From assembly GCA_963833985.1 (NCBI GenBank), contig CAWIAD010000002.1:224001-288000 (forward strand): a stretch of 64,000 bases of DNA. The letters run 5' to 3'. Below the pieces are notes generated by a model, which worked only from the letters and a program-made list of their open reading frames with translations, ran no database searches and was not told the origin of the DNA. This document shows positions 24,701 through 34,242 of this stretch, in pieces. Every line of letters begins with the position of its first letter. Positions within the stretch are counted from its first letter, which is position 1. Source of the stretch: an uncultured Planctomycetaceae bacterium (GTDB lineage Bacteria; Planctomycetota; Planctomycetia; Isosphaerales; Isosphaeraceae). A program made the translations under genes and the position numbers.

Positions 24701-25414
24701 CGTGGGGCTGGCCGACGGCCGCACGATCACCGGCCTGGCGGTCGAGGAGTCGGCCGAACGGCTGGTGCTGAAGAACGCCGAGGGGCAGCGGATCGTCATC
24801 AAGACGGCGGATATCGAGGACCGCAAGACGAGCGAGGTGTCGCTCATGCCCGAGGGGCTGGCCCAGACCATGACCGATCAGCAGCTCGTCGACCTGCTGG
24901 CCTACCTCTCCACGCTCCGCGAGCCGGTGAGCATCGTCGGCCAGTACCACATTGCGGGCCCGGTGCAGGAGCCGGACGGCGCTCCGCTCATCGACCCCCA
25001 TACCGAGATCAAGCTGGACGCGCCCCTGTCAGCACCCGGCAAGCAAACCCTGTCCTGGCGCCGGCTCGACGCCAGCGCCGAGGGCCTGGCGGACCTGGGC
25101 GTGCTCGCCGGCAGCACACCGCCAACCGCGGTTTACGCGTATGCGCCGCTTCGCTCGCCGATAGAGCAGGCGCAAGACTGGTGATCGACAGCACCGCAAG
25201 CGTCACGGCCTGGTGCGGGGGAAAGCTCGTGGTCGAGACGAGTCCAGCTCGAGGCGCCGCCGAGCCCCGATCGGTCGAGCTGACCCTGCCCAGGGGAAGC
25301 AGCTCGCTGCTGGTGCGCCTCAGCGGGACGGGGCCTGCAACGATCGTGACCACGCTCATCAGCCCCCAGCCGGTTTCCTTCACGGGAGGCGACGCCAGCC
25401 TCTCGGCAAGGTGA
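21701..25414 (+). CDS. PVC-type haem-binding CxxCH protein (beta-propeller dehydrogenase-like, HEAT repeats, cytochrome c); frameshifts at ~21972, ~22430 and ~25172
   Basis: WASEPML.NPT..D.D.RGRIWV, LEDTDGDGKAD, WFRPVD...DWYD, CAACH...GPDLS, SLMPEGL, spread across four consecutive ORF pieces. Confidence 0.88.
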
Positions 25415-25427
25415 TCTCATCGTCAAC

Positions 25428-26378
25428 GTGGACTCCCCAGTGGCAACCCTCCCCCAGCCCGGCCTGGAAAGCAGCGAGACCAGCGCCCGCATCGCCGTGG
25501 CGATCCCCTGCTTCAACGAGGCCGCGGCGATCGGCGCCGTGATCGAGCAGTTTCGCACGGCGCTCCCCGGCGCGGAGATCGTGGTCTTCGACAACAATTC
25601 GACCGACGGCAGCGCCGGGGCCGCGATGGAGCATGGAGCGCGGGTGGAGAGCGTGGGCGACCAGGGCAAGGGGCACGTCGTTCGCGCGGCCTTCGCCCTT
25701 CTGGCCGACCGCGACGTGGTCGTGCTGGTGGACGGCGACGGGACCTACCCGGCCGAGGCCGCGCCGCTGCTGGCCGCGCCGGTGCTCGATGGCACGGCGG
25801 ACATGGTCGTGGGTGCACGCCAGCCGGAGCCCGGGGCACGCGCCATGTCGCCGGTCCGCGGTCTGGGCAATTTTCTGATCGGCTCGGCCTTCAGGCTATT
25901 GATCGGCAAGGGGACCGGCGACCTGCTCTCCGGCTACCGGGCCTTCTCGCCACGGTTCCTGCGCACCGTCACGCTCCGTTCGGCAGGGTTCGAGGTCGAG
26001 ACCGAGCTGGCGATCGAGGCCGTGGGGCGAAAGATGCGGACGCTCGAGGTCTCGGTCCCCTACCGGCCGCGGATCGCCGGCACGCAGAGCAAGCTCCATC
26101 CCCTGCACGACGGCTGGCGCATCCTCAAGACGATCGTCGTGCACGGCCTGCGGCGCGATCCGGCACGAGTCATCGTCGTCTACTGCATCGCGATCAGCGT
26201 CTTGCTCTACACCGGAATGGTCCTCGATCGCCACCAGAGCCTCCCCTGGCTACAGACGGCCTGGCTTTGCCTGCTGGGAGGCGGGTTTTTGTCCTTGATG
26301 GTGGCCGCGGCGATCGTGCAGCGGAAGGCTACCTCTACAGTCGCGGTTCGCCCGTCTCCGCCGGCAAGCCGTCGCTGA
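25428..26378 (+). CDS. GT2 glycosyltransferase (DPM1-like) with C-terminal TM helices
   Basis: IPCFNE, DNNSTD, GKG, VDGDGTY, DLLSGYRAF, GFEVETE. Confidence 0.92.
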   Translation: MDSPVATLPQPGLESSETSARIAVAIPCFNEAAAIGAVIEQFRTALPGAEIVVFDNNSTDGSAGAAMEHGARVESVGDQGKGHVVRAAFALLADRDVVVLVDGDGTYPAEAAPLLAAPVLDGTADMVVGARQPEPGARAMSPVRGLGNFLIGSAFRLLIGKGTGDLLSGYRAFSPRFLRTVTLRSAGFEVETELAIEAVGRKMRTLEVSVPYRPRIAGTQSKLHPLHDGWRILKTIVVHGLRRDPARVIVVYCIAISVLLYTGMVLDRHQSLPWLQTAWLCLLGGGFLSLMVAAAIVQRKATSTVAVRPSPPASRR

Positions 26379-26438
26379 GAGGCCGCCCCCGCGCCAGGCA
26401 AGCTTCCTTGCACGCGGGGCACCGGCCTTCAGGACCAC

Positions 26439-28610
26439 TCACTTTGAATAAGTGCCGAAGATGTCGTTACTGGACGTGGACGCGAAGTTGCCGGAGACCT
26501 TCGTCTTTCCCTTGAGCGTGACCGTGCCGCTGGTGGGGTCGATGTAAAGCCCGCCGCCGATGCCCTGGCCGCCCCCGCTGCCGCCCAGCGCGACGTTGCG
26601 CGTGATCGTCGTGCTGGTCAGCGTGGCCGTTGCACCGTTGGTGCTGTAAAGGGCTCCGCCCAGGCCGTTGCCGCCTCCACTGCCGCCCTGCGCGACGTTC
26701 ATCGAGAACGTGCCGCCGGAGATGCCGAGCGTCGCTCCGGAGTCATTCTCGATGGCTCCGCCTTCGCCGTTTCCCCCGCTGGCCCCATTCAATCCTGCAC
26801 CGCCGACGGCCAGGTTCGCGGCGAACTGGCTGTTGGAGATCGATAGAGTCCCGCCCTCGGCCTGGATGGCTCCGCCGAAGCCGAGGCCGCCCGCGTTCCC
26901 CGCGCCGCTGGCCGAGCCGCCAATCGCCTGGTTGCCGGTGAAGCTCGAGCTGGCCACCGTCGCGGTCGCTCCGAGGAAGTTCACGAACGCCCCGCCCGCG
27001 GCGATGCCGCCAAAGCCGGAGCTGGTCGATCCGCCGATCGCCTCATTGCCGCTGAACGTACTCCCGGAAAGATTCAAGGACGCGCTGAACCCCACATTCA
27101 TGACTGCGCCTGCGACGCCGAACCCGCCTCCCGGGCCGCCAATCGCCTCGTTGCCCAGGAAGCTGCTGTTCTGGATCGTCAGCGGGCCGAAGTTGTCGAT
27201 AGCACCCGCGCTGCCACTGACGCCCAGGAGCGGCGTGGACGCCGGTACCTGGGCGATGTTGCCAGCAAAGGAGCTACCTTTGATAGTCGCCTGTGTCACC
27301 TGATTGAGATCCAGGGCGCCTCCCTGACTGCTGACCGTCCCGTTGACGACGTTGTTGTCGAATACCGAACCGGTGATCGTCAGGGTGGCGTATGAATCGA
27401 GATGAACGGCGCCGCCGTCGGCGAAGCCGCCAATCACCTGGTTCCCCAGGAACGTGCTGTTGCTGATGCTCACAACGGTGCCCGGCGAGAATCCAGTGGC
27501 CACCCAGAGCCCGCCGCCCAGGGCCAAGGCGAAGTTCGAACTGCTGGTGGCCGTGTTATCGGCGATCAGTGAGTTGCTGATTGACAGCGTCCCCTGATCC
27601 TGGGCGATGCCTCCGCCGAAGGTGGAGGTATTGCCGGTAATGGTGCTGTTGCTCAGGTTGAGCACCGCCCCGAAGCCCGCGAAGATACCGCCACCGTCCC
27701 CTTGCGTGGGGTCCGGTGAGGCGTTGTTGCTGATCACGCTGTTCGACACGTTCATGTTCGCCTGGGTGTAGATTCCCCCGCCCTCGCCCCCGGTGTTACC
27801 GCTGATGGTGCATCTGGTGATGCTCGCCGGGGTGGACGGGGGGACGAACGGTCCATAGGCGATGGCCCCACCGCCTCCCGAGGTGGCCGCGTCGCTGCTG
27901 AAGTTGGACCCGGCAACGCTCAAGGTGCCAAGGGAGTTGATGCCCCCGCCGAAGAGGGCGGAATCATTCTGGAACGTGGAGCCGGTCACAGTGAGCGGAC
28001 CGTCGCCCTCAATGCCGCCTCCATATCCATTGGGCGCCGTGTCGTTCACGAAGCGGGAGTTGTTCACCGTCAGTGCGCCGGCGTCCTCGATACCGCCTCC
28101 CTCGCCACCGGGCGTCGTATTGTTGCTGAGCACGCAATTGCTCACGGTCAGGGTCCCGAGGTCGAGAATCCCGCCCCCGCTGCCGAAGTTGGTTGCGGGC
28201 GCCACGCCATTGGCGATGGTCAAGCTGGAAATGCTGGCCGTCACGCCGGAGTCCACCTGGAAGACCTGCGACGCGTTGTTGCCGCTGATGGTCAGGGTGT
28301 TCGCCCCCGGCCCCACGATGCTGACGTTGGTGGCAACTTCCAGCAGGCCGCTGGTGAGCGCGATCGTGCCGGTCACGCCCCTGGCGAACTTGATCGTGTC
28401 ACCGCTCTGGGCCAGGCCGAGTTCGGCCCGGAGTGAGCCCGTACCACTGTCAGCGGTGTTCTGGACGACCAGCGTGCTCAGGAGCGTCCGGCCTTCGAGC
28501 GCATCGATCCGGGGACGGAAGCGCGTCGCCGCGCTCTTCCGGGAGGGCCGCGCCGGGGCCTGGGAAACTCGCACGCCACCGATCAGGTTTTGGAATGGAC
28601 GAAAGATCAT
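26439..28610 (-). CDS. LEPR-xLL extracellular beta-helix adhesin-like protein with GGA(I/L)/FxxN repeats
   Basis: RPRIDALEGRTLLS leader, DSGTGSLR, many F.GN.A.GG...GGAI repeats; GGAG precedes the ATG at 28610. Confidence 0.85.
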   Translation of the reverse strand: MIFRPFQNLIGGVRVSQAPARPSRKSAATRFRPRIDALEGRTLLSTLVVQNTADSGTGSLRAELGLAQSGDTIKFARGVTGTIALTSGLLEVATNVSIVGPGANTLTISGNNASQVFQVDSGVTASISSLTIANGVAPATNFGSGGGILDLGTLTVSNCVLSNNTTPGGEGGGIEDAGALTVNNSRFVNDTAPNGYGGGIEGDGPLTVTGSTFQNDSALFGGGINSLGTLSVAGSNFSSDAATSGGGGAIAYGPFVPPSTPASITRCTISGNTGGEGGGIYTQANMNVSNSVISNNASPDPTQGDGGGIFAGFGAVLNLSNSTITGNTSTFGGGIAQDQGTLSISNSLIADNTATSSSNFALALGGGLWVATGFSPGTVVSISNSTFLGNQVIGGFADGGAVHLDSYATLTITGSVFDNNVVNGTVSSQGGALDLNQVTQATIKGSSFAGNIAQVPASTPLLGVSGSAGAIDNFGPLTIQNSSFLGNEAIGGPGGGFGVAGAVMNVGFSASLNLSGSTFSGNEAIGGSTSSGFGGIAAGGAFVNFLGATATVASSSFTGNQAIGGSASGAGNAGGLGFGGAIQAEGGTLSISNSQFAANLAVGGAGLNGASGGNGEGGAIENDSGATLGISGGTFSMNVAQGGSGGGNGLGGALYSTNGATATLTSTTITRNVALGGSGGGQGIGGGLYIDPTSGTVTLKGKTKVSGNFASTSSNDIFGTYSK

Positions 28611-28920
28611 GAGGAAACTCCCTGAAGCAAAGGAATGACAGGAAAAAGAGCCGGCAGTTTCTCGCGGGGCGCAGTGCGCACCCCGAACGGGACCGCGCGG
28701 CGAGCCGCGGCTGCACGACGAAACCAAGGCGCCGCCTGAAGACGGTGCGAGCGCAGGCCGGCTGTGAAACCGGGCACGGCCGCTCACGGCGCACTCACAT
28801 GCTGAGAACTCGGAACAAGACCAGGACCAGCGGGAGGCACATGAAGGCCGCGCTCCGGCTAGTCATGGAAGATCATTTTCGCGGATCACACCTCCTTTCC
28901 CGTGGCCGGCAAGCCGCCGC

Positions 28921-31261
28921 TCACACCCCTCCGCCCGAGTGCCTCACGGTGAAAGCCAGCGCGCACAGGAGGGTTCCCAATCCTAGCAGCACGACCTGCC
29001 CCGGCTCGGGAACCGGGGTGAGCAGAAAACCGTGCAGCTTTCCTTCGGGGCTGATGCCGTTGCCGATGATCATGCCGTGGTCATTGATGTCCTTGGCTTC
29101 GTAAAGTACCCAGCCCGATCCGGGTGAGATGAAATGGTTCAGGTCGAGCATCTGCCGGCCATCGTGCAGAAACGCGCACCAGACCGGAGGAATGCTCACG
29201 TTGCCCACCATGCGGGTCCGGGGATCGAGCAGGCTCGGGGCACGCGCCGAGCGGCCGACGACCAGACCGTTATTGTTGATCGCGTACGCGTAGGAATCAG
29301 CACCGCCGAGGGTGCCCAGGTCATCAGTCGCGGGATTGATCGGCATGTTCGGCCGCGTGCGGAACGCATGGCGCCCGCCCTGGCCGTTTACCGACCAGCC
29401 CGCAACCTGACCGTTGTCGTTGATAGCGAAGCCTCGGCTGTAGCCGCCGGTCATGCCCGTCAGCGAGCCCAGATCATCCGTGGCGGCGTTGATCGGCCGG
29501 TCGGGCGCGGTCCGGAAGGCATGAAGTGGTCCGCCAGGCGCCTCGGAGTCTCCCGTGACCTGGCCCAGCGCATTGATGCCCCGGGCCTCGCTGGACCCGC
29601 CTGCGAGCGTGCCCAGGTCATCGGTCGCGGGGTTGATCGGCCCATCCGGTTGAGTGCGAAATGCATGATGGTCCCAGACGCCGCCCTGACTGGACCGCCC
29701 CACGACCTCGCCGCGCTCGTTGATGTCCGCGGGATAGGCGACGGCAGGACCGCCATCGGGGGTTGGGCCAAGCGCGCCGAGTGCCTGCGTGTCAAAAGCC
29801 GACATCACCCCTCGGGCCGGCCCTTCCGCCAGTACCCGGGCCACGACGACACCCTCAAGACTCTCCCCGACGACCTTGCCCGCATCGTTGATTCCCATGG
29901 AAGCCCCCGGGCCGGCCAGCGAGAGTTCGCTGCGCTGGCCGCGGCCGTCCGAGGACCTGCCGCGGACCCACGACGGTCCGGCGAAGTGTCCCCCGATCCG
30001 GTCCCTTGCCGGGTTGATGGGCCGGTTCGTCGCCGTGCGGAATGCGTGATACTGTCCCGATGGGTCCATCGACAGCCCAACCACCTGGCCGTGGTTGTTG
30101 ATGCGCTGGGGATAGCTGGTCGGGCCGCCCAGGCTGCCCAGATCCATGATCTGGTAGGTGCGCGCCGTGAAGGCCGGCGGCCGGAGCGGGACCATGAGGA
30201 TCGACAGGCTGACGACCCCGGCCGTGCCGGCGCGTGACAGTCTCCGGGGGACGCCGCCCCGGATGATGAGCGCGAGCCGACTCTTGAGCCGTCGAACATG
30301 CCAGAGCCCGCTGGCACCCAGGGGCAGGACAGGAGCCGACCCGGCCAGAAAATCCACCGTGTCCAGCAGCGCATCGGCATAGGCCCGCGCCGCGGTGGGC
30401 AGCATCGACACCACCCAGGCGTCGCAGCACTCTTCCTCCGCATCCCGCAAGGCGCGGCGGACCAGCCAGGCCACGGGACACCACCAGTAAAAGGCCATGA
30501 CCACCATTTCCAGCATGCGGACCCAGTGGTCGCGGCGTCTCAGGTGTGCCAGCTCGTGGACCAGCAGCGTCTCTTGCTTCACCGGGTCCAGCCGTTCCCA
30601 GAGCCTCGCGAGGAATGAGGATCCGCGGCTGGCAGCCCAGCGCCCAGAGCAAGGGTGACAGGGCGCCGGAAATCATGCAGACGCGTGGTGCCCGCCCCGA
30701 GCGGATGCCCATCCGCAGGGCGAGCCCGGCGGCTCGCTCCTGGAGCGAGACGGGCGCCACAGCCGCGTCACGCAGCACCCTCCGTGCGCTGGTCAGGCGA
30801 GCCGTCGAGGATATGAGCCGGAATGCCGAAACTGCCATCCAGACCACCGCCCCCAGCGCCGGCCAGCTCGTGGGAACCCACTGCGCCACTCCGCGGATCA
30901 TGGGCTGAACGACTGCGGGGTACGGCTGAAGCTCGGGAGCCGGTTCCCGGCCGGTCTCAAGGGACGCGGGTTCCGAGGGACTGCCGTGCTCGGACGGACT
31001 TCCAGTCATCTCCCGCGGGTGGATCGAGGACGTCCAGGGTGCGGCAGCGGCAGAAGACACGGCCGAGGCCGCAATCGGTACAGGCCGATTGCTCTGGCTC
31101 AATGGAGTGAGCGGGGGCGTGAGCAGCTTCACCAGCAAGAGCACCCAGAGCCCGTGCACGAGCGCCGGCCGGCGCACACCGAGATTCACCGCAAGGACCA
31201 GGAGAGCCAGTCCCGTCACGGTCAGTGCGTTGGCCAGCATCGCGTCGAGCAGGTACTCCAT
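28921..31261 (-). CDS. BlaR1/M56 metallopeptidase fused to HAF-type extracellular repeats and PEP-CTERM; frameshift at ~30608
   Basis: LWVLLLVKLLTPP; HELAHLRRRD; EECCD; repeated HAFRT.P..PINPATDDLGTL; VPEP, TM helix, then VRH. Confidence 0.85.
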
Positions 31262-31274
31262 CCACGCCCCCCAT

Positions 31275-31691
31275 TCACGCTGTGTCGCCCGTTTCGCCCC
31301 CGGGGCTCTTCCCTTCATCGAGGCTTTCAAGGAACTCGCGGAGCACCTTGCGGTCCCTGGCGGGCATGCTCCGGCCTTCGATCAGATGGCTGAAGAGAGC
31401 CCCCAGCGATCCACCGCACAACTGGTCGGCCACGCCGCGCAGCCTGCGGTTGACCAGCTCGTCGCGGCCGACCGCCGCCTCGAACAACTGTACCGGCCCG
31501 CTCCGGTCGCGGCGCACGCACCCCTTGGCCTCGAGCCGGTCCAGCAGCTTCTGCACCGTGGGGTGGGCCAGGGACCTGCCGCCCGGGTAGAGCTTGTCGA
31601 TCAACTGGCGCGCAGTCGCCTGCCGCATGTCCCAGAGCACACGCATGATCGCCAGTTCGGCCTCGGTGACGTCGTGACCCGGAGAGCCCAT
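31275..31691 (-). CDS. BlaI/MecI/CopY-family repressor
   Basis: TEAELAIMRVLW...TVQKLLDRLEAKG; lies directly upstream of the M56 gene. Confidence 0.92.
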   Translation of the reverse strand: MGSPGHDVTEAELAIMRVLWDMRQATARQLIDKLYPGGRSLAHPTVQKLLDRLEAKGCVRRDRSGPVQLFEAAVGRDELVNRRLRGVADQLCGGSLGALFSHLIEGRSMPARDRKVLREFLESLDEGKSPGGETGDTA

Positions 31692-31706
31692 GAAGACCTC
31701 GGCGCG

Positions 31707-31723
31707 ATAGATGAGCTGTCTAT
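31707..31723. promoter_or_regulatory. Candidate BlaI operator
   Basis: Inverted repeat ATAGA-N7-TCTAT between the predicted -10 and the blaI start codon. Confidence 0.45.
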
Positions 31724-31727
31724 TGCT

Positions 31728-31757
31728 GAGTTAACACGGTCGCGCGGGTCTCGTCAA
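31728..31757 (-). promoter_or_regulatory. Sigma70-like promoter for the blaI-M56 operon
   Basis: TTGACG-N15-TGT-TAACTC on the minus strand. Confidence 0.5.
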
Positions 31758-31814
31758 GAAAAAAATGCAACGAAACCGGCAGTTGTGCCTGCGGGACGGC
31801 CTGCGAGGCTGGGC

Positions 31815-31990
31815 TCAGTCCGATTTGCCCGCGGGCACCTTGTGCTCGAGGAAGCGAGTCATGAGCTCGAAGAGATGGCGGCGCGTGCCCTCGCCCTCGC
31901 TGATGGCGTGGGTGCGATTGGGGTAGGCCATCATCGAGAAGGGCTTGTTCAACGCGATCAGCCGATCAACGAGCGCCTCGCAGTTCTGGT
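31815..31990 (-). pseudogene. Displaced duplicate 3' end of the S9 peptidase gene
   Basis: QNCEALVDRL...FELMTRFLEHKVPAGKSD*; 31858..31990 is identical to 34286..34418. Confidence 0.92.
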
Positions 31991-32038
31991 GGGTCATGGA
32001 TGCGGACCGTGGCTTGACAAGCCAAGGTTGGGCCGTCG

Positions 32039-32236
32039 TTAAGTTCCGATCGTATCTTTTTTCCTTTTTCGCGCCTGGAAGCGACCAAACGTGGCTCCAA
32101 CGGAAAACCCGATCGTTCCAAGGATGCCCATGTAATAGAATAGATCAAACTCCCCATTTAGGAACTGAGAGGGGAGGATCAGAACTGAAAGTAGGCCGAC
32201 GACGGCTCCGACGAAGGCCGGCGTGACTGTTTTCAA
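32039..32236 (-). CDS. 65-aa two-TM protein, putative immunity protein
   Basis: GGAG 6 nt before a TTG at 32236; two hydrophobic helices and a basic tail RKRKK; lies directly after the toxin gene. Confidence 0.55.
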   Translation of the reverse strand: MKTVTPAFVGAVVGLLSVLILPSQFLNGEFDLFYYMGILGTIGFSVGATFGRFQARKRKKDTIGT

Positions 32237-32280
32237 GCCAGGCTCCCACCTGAGGATCAAGGGGGGGGGATGCCTACTGC

Positions 32281-33004
32281 TTACCAGATTAGTTGAGGCA
32301 TGTGGCCGGTGGAGTTGCTTTGGATGGGATAGGTGACCGGGGTGTTTGTGGGCCAAGGGTCAAGAATCAACGGTACGGGGTCGGGCCTTCTACCTGTGGT
32401 AAGGCCCGTCAAGTCGTAAGGCATGGGGGTCACGATATTCATTTGGTGCTGGAGTCCACGGATTCGTGTACGTTCCCCATCTCACATTGAAGTATTTCCA
32501 CTGCCTCGTGGACAGTGCCATGTTTACAGCGGTCGCCCAGTTGTCACAATCTGGGGTCCGCTCGTTTCGCAGAATTCGAGTGGTGCAGTAGCCTGGGGAG
32601 GCGTCCGAGTGCGTCTTTAGAAAGTTTTGCACAGCATCTACGTAAAGCCTCGCTATCTCGGCTGCCTCGTCCTTGGCGTCTTGGGGAATGTCGTCGGGGT
32701 CTAGCCGTCGGGCATTCTTTCCGAATCCTGTCTGAGGGTAACGCTGTAGCATTTGTATCAATTCACTTTTTACGGTTCCGACGTAGCCGTTGTAAAGCCA
32801 TTGGATATTCTGAAGGTTCTTTTGTGCCGGAGTAATTCCGGACAGGCCGTCGTAGCCGCCGGGGGGCGGCAACTCAAGTAAACCAGTCGGATCAACCGCC
32901 CACGTTGGTGCGTTGCCGACGTAGCGGTAAAGATTGGCGTCCCCGCCCTCGAAGGCGATCGGGTCTTCGGCGGTCCATCGACCAATGGTCGAGTCGTACG
33001 ACAT
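32281..33004 (-). CDS. Mini-Rhs: Rhs-associated core motif plus C-terminal toxin domain; probable frameshift at ~32477
   Basis: MSYDSTIGRWTAEDPIAFEGGDANLYRYVGNAPTWAVDPTGL. As given, the ORF ends at 32390. Removing one G extends it to 32281 and adds ...LQHQMNIV...LILDPW. Confidence 0.8.
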
Positions 33005-33016
33005 GGAAAGCCCCCC

Positions 33017-33976
33017 CTAGCTAGGAACGTAACAGGCAACCTGTTCCACATCGGGGATTGGATCTCTCATCAGACGTTCGAGCACCTCTAGGGCGATGAC
33101 GTGTCGCTCAGTCTCAATCGGTAGGCCCGGGTAACGACGCCGAGCCGGAAAGTAGATTCTCAACTTCGGTGTTGCCGCCGGGACCCCGCCGCACAAGGTC
33201 ATTCTCCGCTGCTTGAGCAGGCCCCAAAGGCAGAGGTCGAGAAGTTGGTCGTCTGTCACCACGGAGCAGGCCGTTGCGAAGCAATCGACCGCCTCCCTGA
33301 GCCGTCCATTCGCCCGCAGATTGTGACCACGCTTCGACCAGGCGCGGGCAACTTCCTCACGAGGCGTAAGCGAGCGGAGGAACCTCGCCCCGGTCTCCCA
33401 GATCGTGCCACGGATGTCGACCGGCCAAGCGAGATAGTACGCATCGGGATGTGTATTGAGCCCCGTGTTGTTGATCTCGATGTTGAATCGTTCGCCGGAG
33501 GGGTCGTCCCACCGTGCGAACAAATGGCGGGCCGTCGTGACAAGCTTGAGCGGATAGCCGAGCCGCCGACCCACGGCTACCAGCAAGACCGGCAGCGAGG
33601 CGCACGTACCGCCGCGACCCTCGATGATCCCGTGAATAAAGTCGTCACGGGAGTCAGTGAACGACTCAGGATCGTCAACCCGTTCCTTGTTGTAACGGAC
33701 TCCCAGGCCGCGCCAGAGGACGTTCATTATCGCCACGACGCGAAAGATGCCCTCGGAGTTGTCATAGGCCTCGGGGCGACTACGGAACTGATCGAAGGCC
33801 CAAGCGGTCTGGCGGCGTGCCCACGCGGTTGCGTGATCCAACCAGGCGAGACAGGATTGGATATTCAGCCGCTCTGACCCCTGCAGCCCAACGGCTAAGG
33901 CCAGATCTACCGCCGCTATGTCGAAGGCGTCACACTCCGAGTCCATCGGATTGCGCAGCATTTCAAGAGTCAGCAT
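33017..33976 (-). CDS. SirB1/transglutaminase-like protein with a TPR-like tail
   Basis: FIHGIIEGRGGTCASLPVLLVAVGRRLGYPL, RHLFARW, RFNIE. Confidence 0.82.
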   Translation of the reverse strand: MLTLEMLRNPMDSECDAFDIAAVDLALAVGLQGSERLNIQSCLAWLDHATAWARRQTAWAFDQFRSRPEAYDNSEGIFRVVAIMNVLWRGLGVRYNKERVDDPESFTDSRDDFIHGIIEGRGGTCASLPVLLVAVGRRLGYPLKLVTTARHLFARWDDPSGERFNIEINNTGLNTHPDAYYLAWPVDIRGTIWETGARFLRSLTPREEVARAWSKRGHNLRANGRLREAVDCFATACSVVTDDQLLDLCLWGLLKQRRMTLCGGVPAATPKLRIYFPARRRYPGLPIETERHVIALEVLERLMRDPIPDVEQVACYVPS

Positions 33977-34179
33977 GCATCTGCGCCCCCGGGTCAGAGA
34001 TGCGTCAAATCAGCAACTTTGATAAGCCAGAAATCAAGGAAGGCGAGCAATTGCCGTGGGTTTCGGTCGCTTGCCTTATGTTCTGTGAGTCCGGCAGGGC
34101 GAAAACCAGAGTCGCAAGTTGGCCGCGGCCTGGCTGAAGATCCCGCCAGCCACGTTCGATATACAATGTGATTTCGGAC

Positions 34180-34209
34180 GCTATAACACGCTCCGGCCGA
34201 CATCGTCAA
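34180..34209 (-). promoter_or_regulatory. Sigma70-like promoter reading into the islet
   Basis: TTGACG-N15-TGT-TATAGC; same layout as 31728..31757. Confidence 0.5.
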
Positions 34210-34242
34210 GGAAAAAACCGAACGATTATTATTTGCTCTCGT

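Noticed and set aside
29300..30050. Recurring ~50-nt units as a CRISPR-like array
   Set aside because: They are degenerate in-frame HAF protein repeats; no cas genes are present.
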